Positions 8,573 through 17,618 of a stretch of DNA of 47,647 nt are shown in pieces. The notes beneath the pieces are model-generated. The model saw nothing but the letters and a program-made list of their open reading frames with translations, was not told the origin of the DNA and searched no databases. Source of the stretch: a virus (lineage: Duplodnaviria; Caudoviricetes); IMG/VR virus record IMGVR_UViG_3300020519_000124, positions 1 to 47,647 of that record; one strand, 5' to 3'. A program made the position numbers and the translations under genes. Each line of letters begins with the position of its first letter. The stretch's first letter is position 1.

Positions 8573-10076
8573 ATGACCCAAACATACAAACCATACACCA
8601 TAAACGAACTCGTATGCGAAATCTACGAGGACAACCTATCGCACTTTGAATTTGAAGAGAACATGGGTGGAGAGCCCTGTGACTGCAACCTACATATCAC
8701 AATGGAAACTATTGTAAAGTATTGGGGAGAATAATGTGGACTAAGTTTACTTATCTATGTACAGACTGTGATGCTCTTATAGAGATTACTGCATCTGTTG
8801 AGCCTCAGATTGATCCCGCCTGTATTTGCCATGCATCATCTCATGTAATCCTATTAAGCAAATGGGATGCAACTGTTACCCATGTGGATGAGGATCCTAC
8901 CCCTGACTACGAGCCTGTGATTAAGGTCACACCCCGTGAGGTTGTAAAAATCAACTCTAACCCGTATAATTAATATATGAACACATTAATAGAATATCTA
9001 AAGATACACGCAATCAGCCTAGAGCAGGACCTAGAGGATATCTCTAATCAGATGGAGAGCCTTGACCCTGCTTCTAAAGATTACACTGAGTTAGACTTTG
9101 AGTATAATCATGTGTCAGGTCAATCTCTTGCTACCCGCCACATTTTGTCAGTGGCAGAGGGTATGATAGAGTAATGATAACTACAGAACTAGCACCACAC
9201 CTACAGAAACTCGTTGACCTTGGAGAATCAGGAACTGATATCCTCCATGGTGAACTTAAGAACCTCATGTATGAGGCTGAGAAAGAATACAATGCCGCTG
9301 TTGAGCAAGAAGAATACACGGAAGAGGCTATGGATTCCATGGAGCGGAAGTACTGGGAAGGCCAAATGGACGCTCTATCTTGGGTATATGCCCTGACATA
9401 CCAACTATCGTTTGCCATTAGTGATAGGACAAAGAAGAATGCCTAAGTGCCTAGATTGCGGTAACACTGTTAAGTTTACTTATATGGAGAACAGTTACAA
9501 TGAGGCTGAGTACGACCAAGCAGGCGAACTTGTAGATGTCACCTATAAGGAGTATCATGATGTTGAGGAAGGCACTTGTAAAGAGTGCGAATCTACAAAC
9601 ATCGAGGGGAAACTGTAATGGACACATTCATTGAACTATCATTTGAAGATTGGATTGAGCAATACAAACCAATCACTAACCATATAGACAAGAATGCCTC
9701 CTTTCAGGATGAGGACGGTAATGGTCTTATGTTTGAAACCTATGGTGATGAGGTAGAGTTTGTTAAATCTCAATCCCCTGACAAAATCTGGATGTATGGC
9801 GACGGTGATGACGGTGGCTCTTATATCTGGTCTGGCTGGGGATTTGTAAATAGATTAGGATACTTCATCACTGAGGTACCGTGCCCACCTAATACCACGA
9901 TTCAGATTCAAGTAGGAGTACAGTGGTACTTCTGTGAGAACTGTTATGCTGAACTGGAAGACCCTGATAATCTTATTAGAGATGCCTTCCAAGAACACGA
10001 TTTGGAAAAATGTACAGAATGTGCTACACTTGAAGAAATGACCCTAGTAGGACTAAAAATAAAGGAGACCCAATGA
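8573..10076 (+). CDS. six small hypothetical ORFs (8573-8734, 8734-8973, 8977-9174, 9174-9446, 9439-9618, 9618-10076), several with CxxC zinc ribbons
   Basis: TAATG/ATGA coupling; internal CRP site 8916-8931 and TGTCAG promoter copy 9 at 9146-9167. Confidence 0.75.
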
Positions 10077-10396
10077 AAGTAGAACTAAATAATCTTATCG
10101 AGGCAGGCCGTTTTGGTGTGGATAGCGGACAAGCAATGGTGGGCGACCCCTGCTACCTTGACCAATGGAAAACCAATGAAGGCGAGGAGTGGGATTTGGA
10201 CGGCAAGATAGGTCAGTATTCCTATCAGGGTGCCTCTGCTACAACAATTGAGAAGTCTTATGGAGAACTTGGCGTAGGCTCTGCCGTTGTATTCAACACA
10301 GGCTATGGCGACGGATACTATCCTGTCTTTGTTCAACTCAATGAGGACGGACGAGTTAGCAAGGTAGTTATTGATTTCGAAGGTGACATTAACTAA
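10073..10396 (+). CDS. DUF4241-like protein
   Basis: FGVDSGQAMVGDP...NTGYGDGYYPV. Confidence 0.65.
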   Translation: MKVELNNLIEAGRFGVDSGQAMVGDPCYLDQWKTNEGEEWDLDGKIGQYSYQGASATTIEKSYGELGVGSAVVFNTGYGDGYYPVFVQLNEDGRVSKVVIDFEGDIN

Positions 10397-11559
10397 TGAA
10401 TGAATATACTGTAGAAGTTATCTTTGAACCCACAGGCGACTACATGCATTTTAAATATGAGGCTGAGTCAGATAATGAGGCGGACCTCTGCAATGAAATA
10501 TTAAACCAACTATCAATCGTATCTTTTAAGGAGCAAGAGTAATGGAAATTATTCTAGGAATTTTGGCTATCATTTGGTTTCTTGGTGCACTATCAGGTGG
10601 CCTAACTGGATATACAGGGGAGCACAAATAATGGGAGCCCGTTGTAACTTTGTATTCAAACAATCAGAAGACATGGCCGTATGCCTGTACAGTCACTGGG
10701 ATGAGGACTATATGCACGAGGTACTAGCAGCAGCCTTACATCATGCTCGTCCACGTCTACAAATGGGAGATATCCCATATGCTACCCGCATGGCCATTAG
10801 CCATATTATTAGAGATTCTGTGCTCGATGAGACAGGCTATGGAATTTATGCCATGGACCCTAGCGACCAAGGTTTCTTGGACTCACCAATCACAATAGAT
10901 TTAACAGACATGACCGTGGGCAGCGGTGAAGACTGGCACAAGATTGAAGACTTTATCTCATATCACACAAATTTAATTGCGAAGGTCTAAGGTTGGGTCC
11001 CTTAGATCTACAGGGGAGGGGCAGCGTGGGGTTGCCCTTTCCCCTACTTTTTGATACAATGGATACTGGAGGAGGACTATGCGTATAAGACGAATACTAA
11101 CAGCGGAGGAAAAAGTTGCTAACAAACTTGGCAATGAGATTTCTGACCTCAGAGTTGATTTGGAATTAGTGGGGGAATACTTAGCAAAGTCCCAACCCAA
11201 TGTCGTGTATAATAGATTACAGGTAATAGCAGAGTCAGCCAAAGAAACTAAGGAAGGTACAAATTATGCCCACAACAACTTTTGACAGCAAGGCTTTAAT
11301 CTTAGGTCAGGTTTGGATGCAACACAAAACTGATGATGAGATGGCAGATTTTTTTGAATACAATGATATCGGTATCCCTCTTGCTTTTGCTTATGCTGAG
11401 GGAATAATCAATAGCACACCAACACTAGAGAAATATGTTAACGAAACATTTGACTTATTGCTAGAGGCGTTGAACCTTGTGGATTCTGGGTTTGACGATT
11501 TGCAAGACCTTTGGGATTGTCTAGAAGCATTAGACCAACACAATAATCCCAACCCCTGA
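10396..11559 (+). CDS. five small hypothetical ORFs (10396-10542, 10542-10631 TM peptide, 10631-10990, 11079-11285, 11266-11559)
   Basis: Coupled starts and RBS. Confidence 0.7.
11012..11052 (+). terminator. intrinsic terminator
   Basis: AGGGGAGGGGCAGC/GTTGCCCTTTCCCCT hairpin followed by a T run. Confidence 0.7.
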
Positions 11560-12264
11560 AAAGGGCCGGGACTTCTTATTGACAAACCACAAACCTCTAA
11601 ACCTTATTACGAAAAGACATTACGAACCCCTAAAACTTTCCCCCTGCTGAACATTACGATCCAAACCTTTATATCCCCAAACCTTATACCACGCAAACCT
11701 TGGTTTGTCAAACTAGGTGTATAATTTATATATGAGTCCAAGACATTTTGCAAACCTTTATAGCGAAAGATCTCATCGCCATGACTCTAAAAGAGATATC
11801 GAAATATTTCATGATGACATTCAAACCATAACAGGTATGTTGTATTCTATTGTTACTCTTAGGGCTTTCTTTCCTTTCTTTAGATCCCCCGCCGAAATCA
11901 TTGACAGTACTATTACGAATGCGCCTTATCCAATGCCGCAAATTGCGGGGGATCAAGAAGAACAAAACAACCCCCTATAGAATAACAAACCTTTTATCCT
12001 GGTTTTCTATAAATTCCATATTGGTTTTATAAAATAACATTACGATTATCGACAATTTCTCCCTGGTTTTGGGAGATTTTTTATGGGCAAAATCATGCAT
12101 ACAAGGACTTGACAAACCATCATTTTGCATGTATAATGCCCAAACCTTACAATGGGATATGAGGTTTGACAATATCGGGCATATGTGGTATGAGGGTTTG
12201 TGAGGTTTGGGATAGGAAGGTTTTTCGATTTGACATTACGAACAATCTATGAAAGTGCGCCATT

Positions 12265-12291
12265 CTCCACTATCCTCCACTTCACTCCACT
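12265..12291 (-). promoter_or_regulatory. MraZ-type triple repeat
   Basis: Minus strand GTGGAG-tgaa-GTGGAG-gata-GTGGAG. Confidence 0.6.
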
Positions 12292-12328
12292 TCTAGACTG
12301 TTTAATAATATAATCAGTAACATTTATC

Positions 12329-12393
12329 TGTGGATAAACCTGTGGATAACTTCTATATCCAAACCAATATAGATGTGTCAAACCTGTGGATAA
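12329..12393 (-). promoter_or_regulatory. three perfect DnaA boxes
   Basis: TGTGGATAA at 12329, 12341 and 12385. Confidence 0.7.
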
Positions 12394-12542
12394 CTATGAT
12401 GCTATAATTGATAAGTATGAACCTACATGAGATTATTGCAGATATTATCTATGATCATTTGAAGGGTAAGCATAAAGATGCCCTATCTATCAAACTAGCA
12501 AACCAGATAATTGAAGCAACTGCAGAGTATTACGAAGGCTTA

Positions 12543-13358
12543 TCAGAACCCTCTTAGACTATCTCTAAACTCTCTTACTTCTTTAAACATTTCATTATCT
12601 GGATGGTCTGGAAGATAAGAATAGTCTGATGGTTTCTCTTGATTGCCAAACCTTACAAAGAGCATTCTGACATATTCTCCATCCTTAAACTCCTTATGGA
12701 CTCTCCAATGGATCTCTTTGTTGGGATTAAAAACCAGGGCAGAGTTGTCTACTAGGCTATATGTCTCAAAGTTTAAGCCTAAAGCCCAATCTGTATTAGA
12801 CTCTAACTGGATATTTAGAATCAACTCAGTTGAATCTCTATCGACATGTGCTGGTAGGTTGGGTTTGCCATACAACAAGTTATATTCTACATAGGTAACA
12901 TTGCTTATCTGCAACGGTAGATCAGTAACTTTCTTTATAACATTATGTAACTTATCAAAAATCTTTTGGCTTACGCTATTTGACATAAGGGCATACCTAA
13001 TCCTGCCATACTCGTCAGTTGACTCTGACTTATTGGCCTTTATGTTCTCATACAAAATCTCTATCTCTTCTTTTGAGAATATATCAGTGACTATGCTTAT
13101 GTCCTTTGAGGATATTTTGGCGGTACATGAATCAAAAACACTATGTGACAAAAACTCCCCACATGGGCAATTTGACTCATTACACTGACAATCATCTGGT
13201 ATTGGTAGATAATCCTTCTCATTGGCTGTATCTAAAACCTTACATGGGCTATCTGCCTCATGGGAGACAAATCTGCCACATCTGCAAAAGCCTATCTTGC
13301 CATACTCACCAGCATGACCTATTCCTTTAGGGCTTGCGTTACATAGTTCTGGTTTCAT
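12543..13358 (-). CDS. 2OG-Fe(II) oxygenase with Cys/His-rich N-terminus
   Basis: LPAHVD...IHWR double-stranded beta-helix motifs; duplicated CxCGxFxSH motif. Confidence 0.7.
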   Translation of the reverse strand: MKPELCNASPKGIGHAGEYGKIGFCRCGRFVSHEADSPCKVLDTANEKDYLPIPDDCQCNESNCPCGEFLSHSVFDSCTAKISSKDISIVTDIFSKEEIEILYENIKANKSESTDEYGRIRYALMSNSVSQKIFDKLHNVIKKVTDLPLQISNVTYVEYNLLYGKPNLPAHVDRDSTELILNIQLESNTDWALGLNFETYSLVDNSALVFNPNKEIHWRVHKEFKDGEYVRMLFVRFGNQEKPSDYSYLPDHPDNEMFKEVREFRDSLRGF

Positions 13359-13468
13359 ATAGGTATTCTATCATGCTATTGGGGATTATGATGATATCTT
13401 TTTCTTCCCCGCATTTTTAGGATACTAACCGCTATTGCCCTCTTAGGGCATAGGAAGGTTTGTTAACT

Positions 13469-13798
13469 CTATTTTGCGCCGAACTCTAAAGACTTGCTAA
13501 TAGCATTATTGACCATGCGGACCAAACCTCGTCTCGTAATTTTTGACGCATCAAACGTCTCCGTATACCCACCTTGAGGCATATCTGCCTTGCTTAGGAA
13601 GTGTCCGTACTTAGTCCTTAGTGTGTCTAATACTAGGGATTCTACTGCTCTTGCTTGATCCCGTTCGGAAAACCACCAATACTTGATTAGAACCCAGCCC
13701 TTCTGCCTGTGGCTTGCAAACCTTCTACCAGACACATCTGATATACCTATCTTGATAGCCTTGTATATAGGGCTGTAGAGTATGTATAATAGGGTCAT
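13469..13798 (-). CDS. GIY-YIG/T5orf172-like nuclease-domain protein
   Basis: LYIL...KIGIS...R...E...GGYTETF. Confidence 0.6.
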   Translation of the reverse strand: MTLLYILYSPIYKAIKIGISDVSGRRFASHRQKGWVLIKYWWFSERDQARAVESLVLDTLRTKYGHFLSKADMPQGGYTETFDASKITRRGLVRMVNNAISKSLEFGAK

Positions 13799-13846
13799 AA
13801 GTCTATTATACTTGACATCCCCCGCCAAAATCGATATACTTAGGAT

Positions 13847-14053
13847 ATGATCAATATGGAAATACCAGATCCATTTCAAACCTTTGTAGCCAACAAGTAT
13901 GCCAACGCTAAAGGTGCTGTGTATGACTTCTTTGCTAGAGAATGGCATATGAAGTGTGGATGCTGTAGCGAAGATCTTTTTGCACCTACCCGCAAAATTT
14001 TAACAAAAGTTAGACTATACCATACAAGAAATGAGTGCTGTGGTGGATACTGA
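13847..14053 (+). CDS. small zinc-binding hypothetical protein
   Basis: Leaderless after TTGACA...GATACT/TATACT; CGCC...H...CC. Confidence 0.65.
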   Translation: MINMEIPDPFQTFVANKYANAKGAVYDFFAREWHMKCGCCSEDLFAPTRKILTKVRLYHTRNECCGGY

Positions 14054-14795
14054 ACAAACCTTTGACCAAGAGTTTACTGTTGAAGAATTAACCAAGATTA
14101 TCGTTGATCAGGCTAAGGCTGATATTAAGGCTAAGTTTGGTAATAAGAAAAGGCATAGACAATGATCTGTAAAACCTGCGGGATGGATAAAGAAAACATT
14201 AACTACTGGGATACCCATCAAACTATGAGTGATTACAAGGTGTGGTGTGCCAAGGGAGCCTAAGATTACGAAGATGGATTGGCGTTCCCTAGGCTACTGG
14301 CCTGTCTGGAAAGATGGGAAAAAGGTGTGGGTGCCTAAAGATAAAGTAAGTTCAGATAGTAATAAATAACATTATTTATGATATAATGGTTTTATGACCA
14401 AAACAAAATGTTTTTTCTGTAATCAAGAAGCGATCTACTATGATGTAGTCGTTAAAGATGAAAAATATATTGTTGCCGATGTCTGTGCCAAACACTTTAC
14501 TGTAGCCTTGGTATCTTGAGATAGGACCTAAAAATTAATAAAAGAAAACTTAAAGATGGATCAGAAGTTGATTCCTACGAGAAGCCTGTTGATTTAATTA
14601 TACACACCAAGGCTCCTGCCAAATGGAAACTAATTGACCTTGAAACAGGACAAGAATACATCGGTTCAGAAATGCCTCACGGAACATTTGCAGAAATATT
14701 AAGAAGTAAAGTACTCAATGGATTTATAGGCTCATGGTTTAAGACCAAGGGCAGAGATATTTGACTAAACCACTGACATAGGGTATACTGGATAT

Positions 14796-15044
14796 ATGGA
14801 ACAATTAATGGATACATATGGCTCATGGATTCTTGCTGTCATTGGGGTAGCAGGTATATACTTTGTTGGCCGTAAAGATGCATGGGGATGGTTTGTCTTA
14901 TTGTTTAATGAGACACTATGGATAGGTTATGCTATAGTTACTAAGCAATATGGATTTATTCTATCTGCCCTTGCATATGCAGCAGTATACATTAGATCCT
15001 ACATTCACTGGTCTAAAGAACCAGTCAATGAACTACCACTATAG
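14796..15044 (+). CDS. small PnuC-like membrane protein
   Basis: Three hydrophobic segments, RKxxWGW...LWIxYA; TTGACT-N17-TATACT promoter. Confidence 0.6.
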   Translation: MEQLMDTYGSWILAVIGVAGIYFVGRKDAWGWFVLLFNETLWIGYAIVTKQYGFILSALAYAAVYIRSYIHWSKEPVNELPL

Positions 15045-15341
15045 GAGATAGTCTATGATAAGTGCATTCTTTTTAATCCCTGCTTTTATACTTGGGTATA
15101 TTGCATGTTATTTTATAATGACATATAAAGTTGATCAGAATTAAAGGCTGGAAATAAAATGAGTATTGATGAAATGATGCTACGGGAAGAGATTGCACTA
15201 AAGATAGAGTCTATCCCAATTGCAGAAGGTGGTTCACAACTAAACGCTCTTGGTATGCGTATTCTTGCTGCTGCGGTGGCCAGAGGAAAAGATAACTACA
15301 TGACCAATATGTTTGAAAACCAAAAAGATTTTGAGTAGTAG

Positions 15342-15644
15342 ATGATATCTCATAAAGTAGAAAAGACTAATATTCTTCCATTAAGATGGTTTGGGAATCT
15401 GTGTGGTCAAATTTCAAGTAATAGTTTAGTTAAAGCATTTAACCTACAGGATGATGAAAACTTTGGACCTCGCTTTAAATTTCATACAAAGGTTTGGCAC
15501 TATGTAAACAAACCATACGAGAAGTGGGGCACATACTACATGGTAGACCTACTGTCTTTTAAAGAAGATATGTCTGGTCCTGAGTGGGATGACTATGATG
15601 AAGATGGAATTCCGTATTGGGAAAAATGGGGAAAAGATGAGTAG
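15342..15644 (+). CDS. hypothetical protein
   Basis: 100-aa ORF within a run of micro-ORFs. Confidence 0.6.
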   Translation: MISHKVEKTNILPLRWFGNLCGQISSNSLVKAFNLQDDENFGPRFKFHTKVWHYVNKPYEKWGTYYMVDLLSFKEDMSGPEWDDYDEDGIPYWEKWGKDE

Positions 15645-15737
15645 ATTAGTTATATGTGCTATTTGTAAAAAAGAATGGGAATTAAGATGGGGAATCATGG
15701 CCAATGAGTCTCTAGCAAGACATATGAAAGATCATAA

Positions 15738-16187
15738 GTGAAGCCTACAGCACACATCTACGATGTAGATGGAACTCTTGCCAATGTAGATCCGTTCTTA
15801 CACTATGTCCGTAATGGTAATAAAGATTACGATGCATTTCACTATTCTTCTATTGATGCCCTGCCAAATGTAGAAGTTGTAGAGATGCTAAATAATTCTG
15901 CTAGTGATGACCACTCTATAATAATTGTTACATCCAGAAAAGAAAAATACCGTGGCATAACCTCTCTGTGGCTTGCAAGAAATAAGATAAAGTGTCATGC
16001 ACTTTTTATGAGAGCAGACGATGATCACAGGCCAGATTACGAAACCAAAAGAGATATACTTAATAGAATTACAGAACTTTGGGATGTTGTTCATGCAGTA
16101 GATGACAACCCATATGTTATAAAATTGTGGGAGGACAATGGAATTCCTACTACAAAAATAGGAGATTGGGACGGTGATCGTGGTTGA
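15738..16187 (+). CDS. HAD-family phosphatase (PseT phosphatase-like)
   Basis: DVDGTL, VTSR, LFMR...RPD...K, VDD. Confidence 0.85.
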   Translation: MKPTAHIYDVDGTLANVDPFLHYVRNGNKDYDAFHYSSIDALPNVEVVEMLNNSASDDHSIIIVTSRKEKYRGITSLWLARNKIKCHALFMRADDDHRPDYETKRDILNRITELWDVVHAVDDNPYVIKLWEDNGIPTTKIGDWDGDRG

Positions 16188-16387
16188 CTATACGTGGCAA
16201 CTATGATATGATTGTATTATGAAAAAAAATAACAACAAGGCATCTCAACACAAAGCAAAACGCTATGCTAAAAATAAGAAAAGAATAAAAGATAAGCCAT
16301 ACTTGTCAAAGCATGAACGCAAACTAATTGCTAAAAGACAAGAGATTATTTCTTCTGGCTTAAGACTAATATCAAATTAATATACGG

Positions 16388-16461
16388 GGAGCAGTAGCCA
16401 AGTTGGTCAAGGCCCCGAACTCATAATTCGGTTATCGTAGGTTCAAGTCCTACCTGCTCTA
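16388..16461 (+). tRNA. tRNA with CAT anticodon (elongator Met or Ile2)
   Basis: GGAGCAG/CTGCTCT acceptor, CCGAA-CTCATAA-TTCGG; lacks the initiator GGG/CCC stem. Confidence 0.88.
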
Positions 16462-16465
16462 CTAT

Positions 16466-16538
16466 GTCTCCATGGTCTAGAGGCCTAGGACTCCACCCTT
16501 TCACGGTGGCAACACGGGTTCGAATCCCGTTGGAGATA
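16466..16538 (+). tRNA. tRNA-Glu(TTC)
   Basis: GTCTCCA/TGGAGAT acceptor, CCACC-CTTTCAC-GGTGG. Confidence 0.92.
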
Positions 16539-16542
16539 CTGA

Positions 16543-16614
16543 ACCTCTGTAACTCAGCGGAAGAGTAGCGGACTTCTAATCCGTTTGTCGCAGGTTCGAT
16601 TCCTGCCAGGGGTG
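16543..16614 (+). tRNA. tRNA-Arg(TCT)
   Basis: ACCTCTG/CAGGGGT acceptor, GCGGA-CTTCTAA-TCCGT. Confidence 0.92.
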
Positions 16615-16628
16615 CTATAATTAGTTAT

Positions 16629-17540
16629 ATGAACGAAAATCTTTTGTTTTACAGAACATTAAAGGAAGCATCAAGAAGACATCCAAGTGAACTTGGTAAA
16701 ACGGTTTATTCTAATCAAGATATTTTAGAGGAAATATCTTACAATATCAATAGCCATGGCTACAGATCTGAAGAATTTAACAAAAACAACGAAGTAGTGG
16801 TTTTGGGCTGCTCTCAAACCTACGGCTCTGGGATGCACAACGAACTTACATGGCCTGAGTTTTTTTGTAATTTTACAAATCAAAAATATTCAAGGCTTGC
16901 AATTCCAGGAGATTCCATAGGTGCTCAAGTATATAAAGCCTTTAAATATTTTGAAGAAGTAGGAAATCCAAAATTAGTTATTGGGCTATTTCCACTATAT
17001 AGACTAGAATATATTTCTGTGCCAGGAAAATTTGAAGGTGATAATCCAAGAAATGGGGCACAAAGATCAGAGTTATCAGTAGGAATAGCATTCTTTTATC
17101 AACAATACATAACAAAAATTTCAAAAGTACCACACAACCCAGAATATGTTATTCCAAAAGAGTTTGTGATGTTTTATAATTTTATGCTTATAAAAATGCT
17201 TGAACAATACTGTGAATCACACAATATAAAATTTATATGGAGCATATATGATAGCAAAGAAGATAAAAAAGAAATGGAGTTTTCTTCTTACAACATTTTA
17301 AAAAATTATTTAAACACATCAGATTTACTTCAGCAGCCAGACGATCAACCACAAAGTCACCTTTCAAATTGCTCTATATCGTCTCAAAAAGAATATTGCG
17401 GAAAATTTTCTCGACACAAACTATACTCTTGGGCAGCAGATACTGTTTCAGAAAAACAATTAGGTCATTGGGGAATACATGTAAATCACCATATTGCAAA
17501 ACTATTTGCAGATAAATATATGGAGATAAAAAATGATTAA
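16629..17540 (+). CDS. SGNH-hydrolase-like protein
   Basis: NSHGYR...LGCSQTYG...GHWG..H. Confidence 0.6.
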   Translation: MNENLLFYRTLKEASRRHPSELGKTVYSNQDILEEISYNINSHGYRSEEFNKNNEVVVLGCSQTYGSGMHNELTWPEFFCNFTNQKYSRLAIPGDSIGAQVYKAFKYFEEVGNPKLVIGLFPLYRLEYISVPGKFEGDNPRNGAQRSELSVGIAFFYQQYITKISKVPHNPEYVIPKEFVMFYNFMLIKMLEQYCESHNIKFIWSIYDSKEDKKEMEFSSYNILKNYLNTSDLLQQPDDQPQSHLSNCSISSQKEYCGKFSRHKLYSWAADTVSEKQLGHWGIHVNHHIAKLFADKYMEIKND

Positions 17541-17618
17541 CAATATTAGATGGCAGTACTACAAAATAGTCATATACTTTAAAAATAAAAAAAGAAAAAA
17601 GAAAGACTTTATATATTA

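Larger units (their letters stand above)
11560..12400. repeat. repeat-rich putative replication origin or regulatory locus
   Basis: Many AAACC then GGTTT units, 6x ATTACGA, 3x CTCCACT at 10-bp period, 3 perfect DnaA boxes. Confidence 0.55.

Noticed and set aside
11650-11705. SigF/SigB-type GGTTT-N16/17-GGGnTA promoter on the minus strand
   Set aside because: Only a loose single match within a GGTTT-rich array, with no downstream gene.
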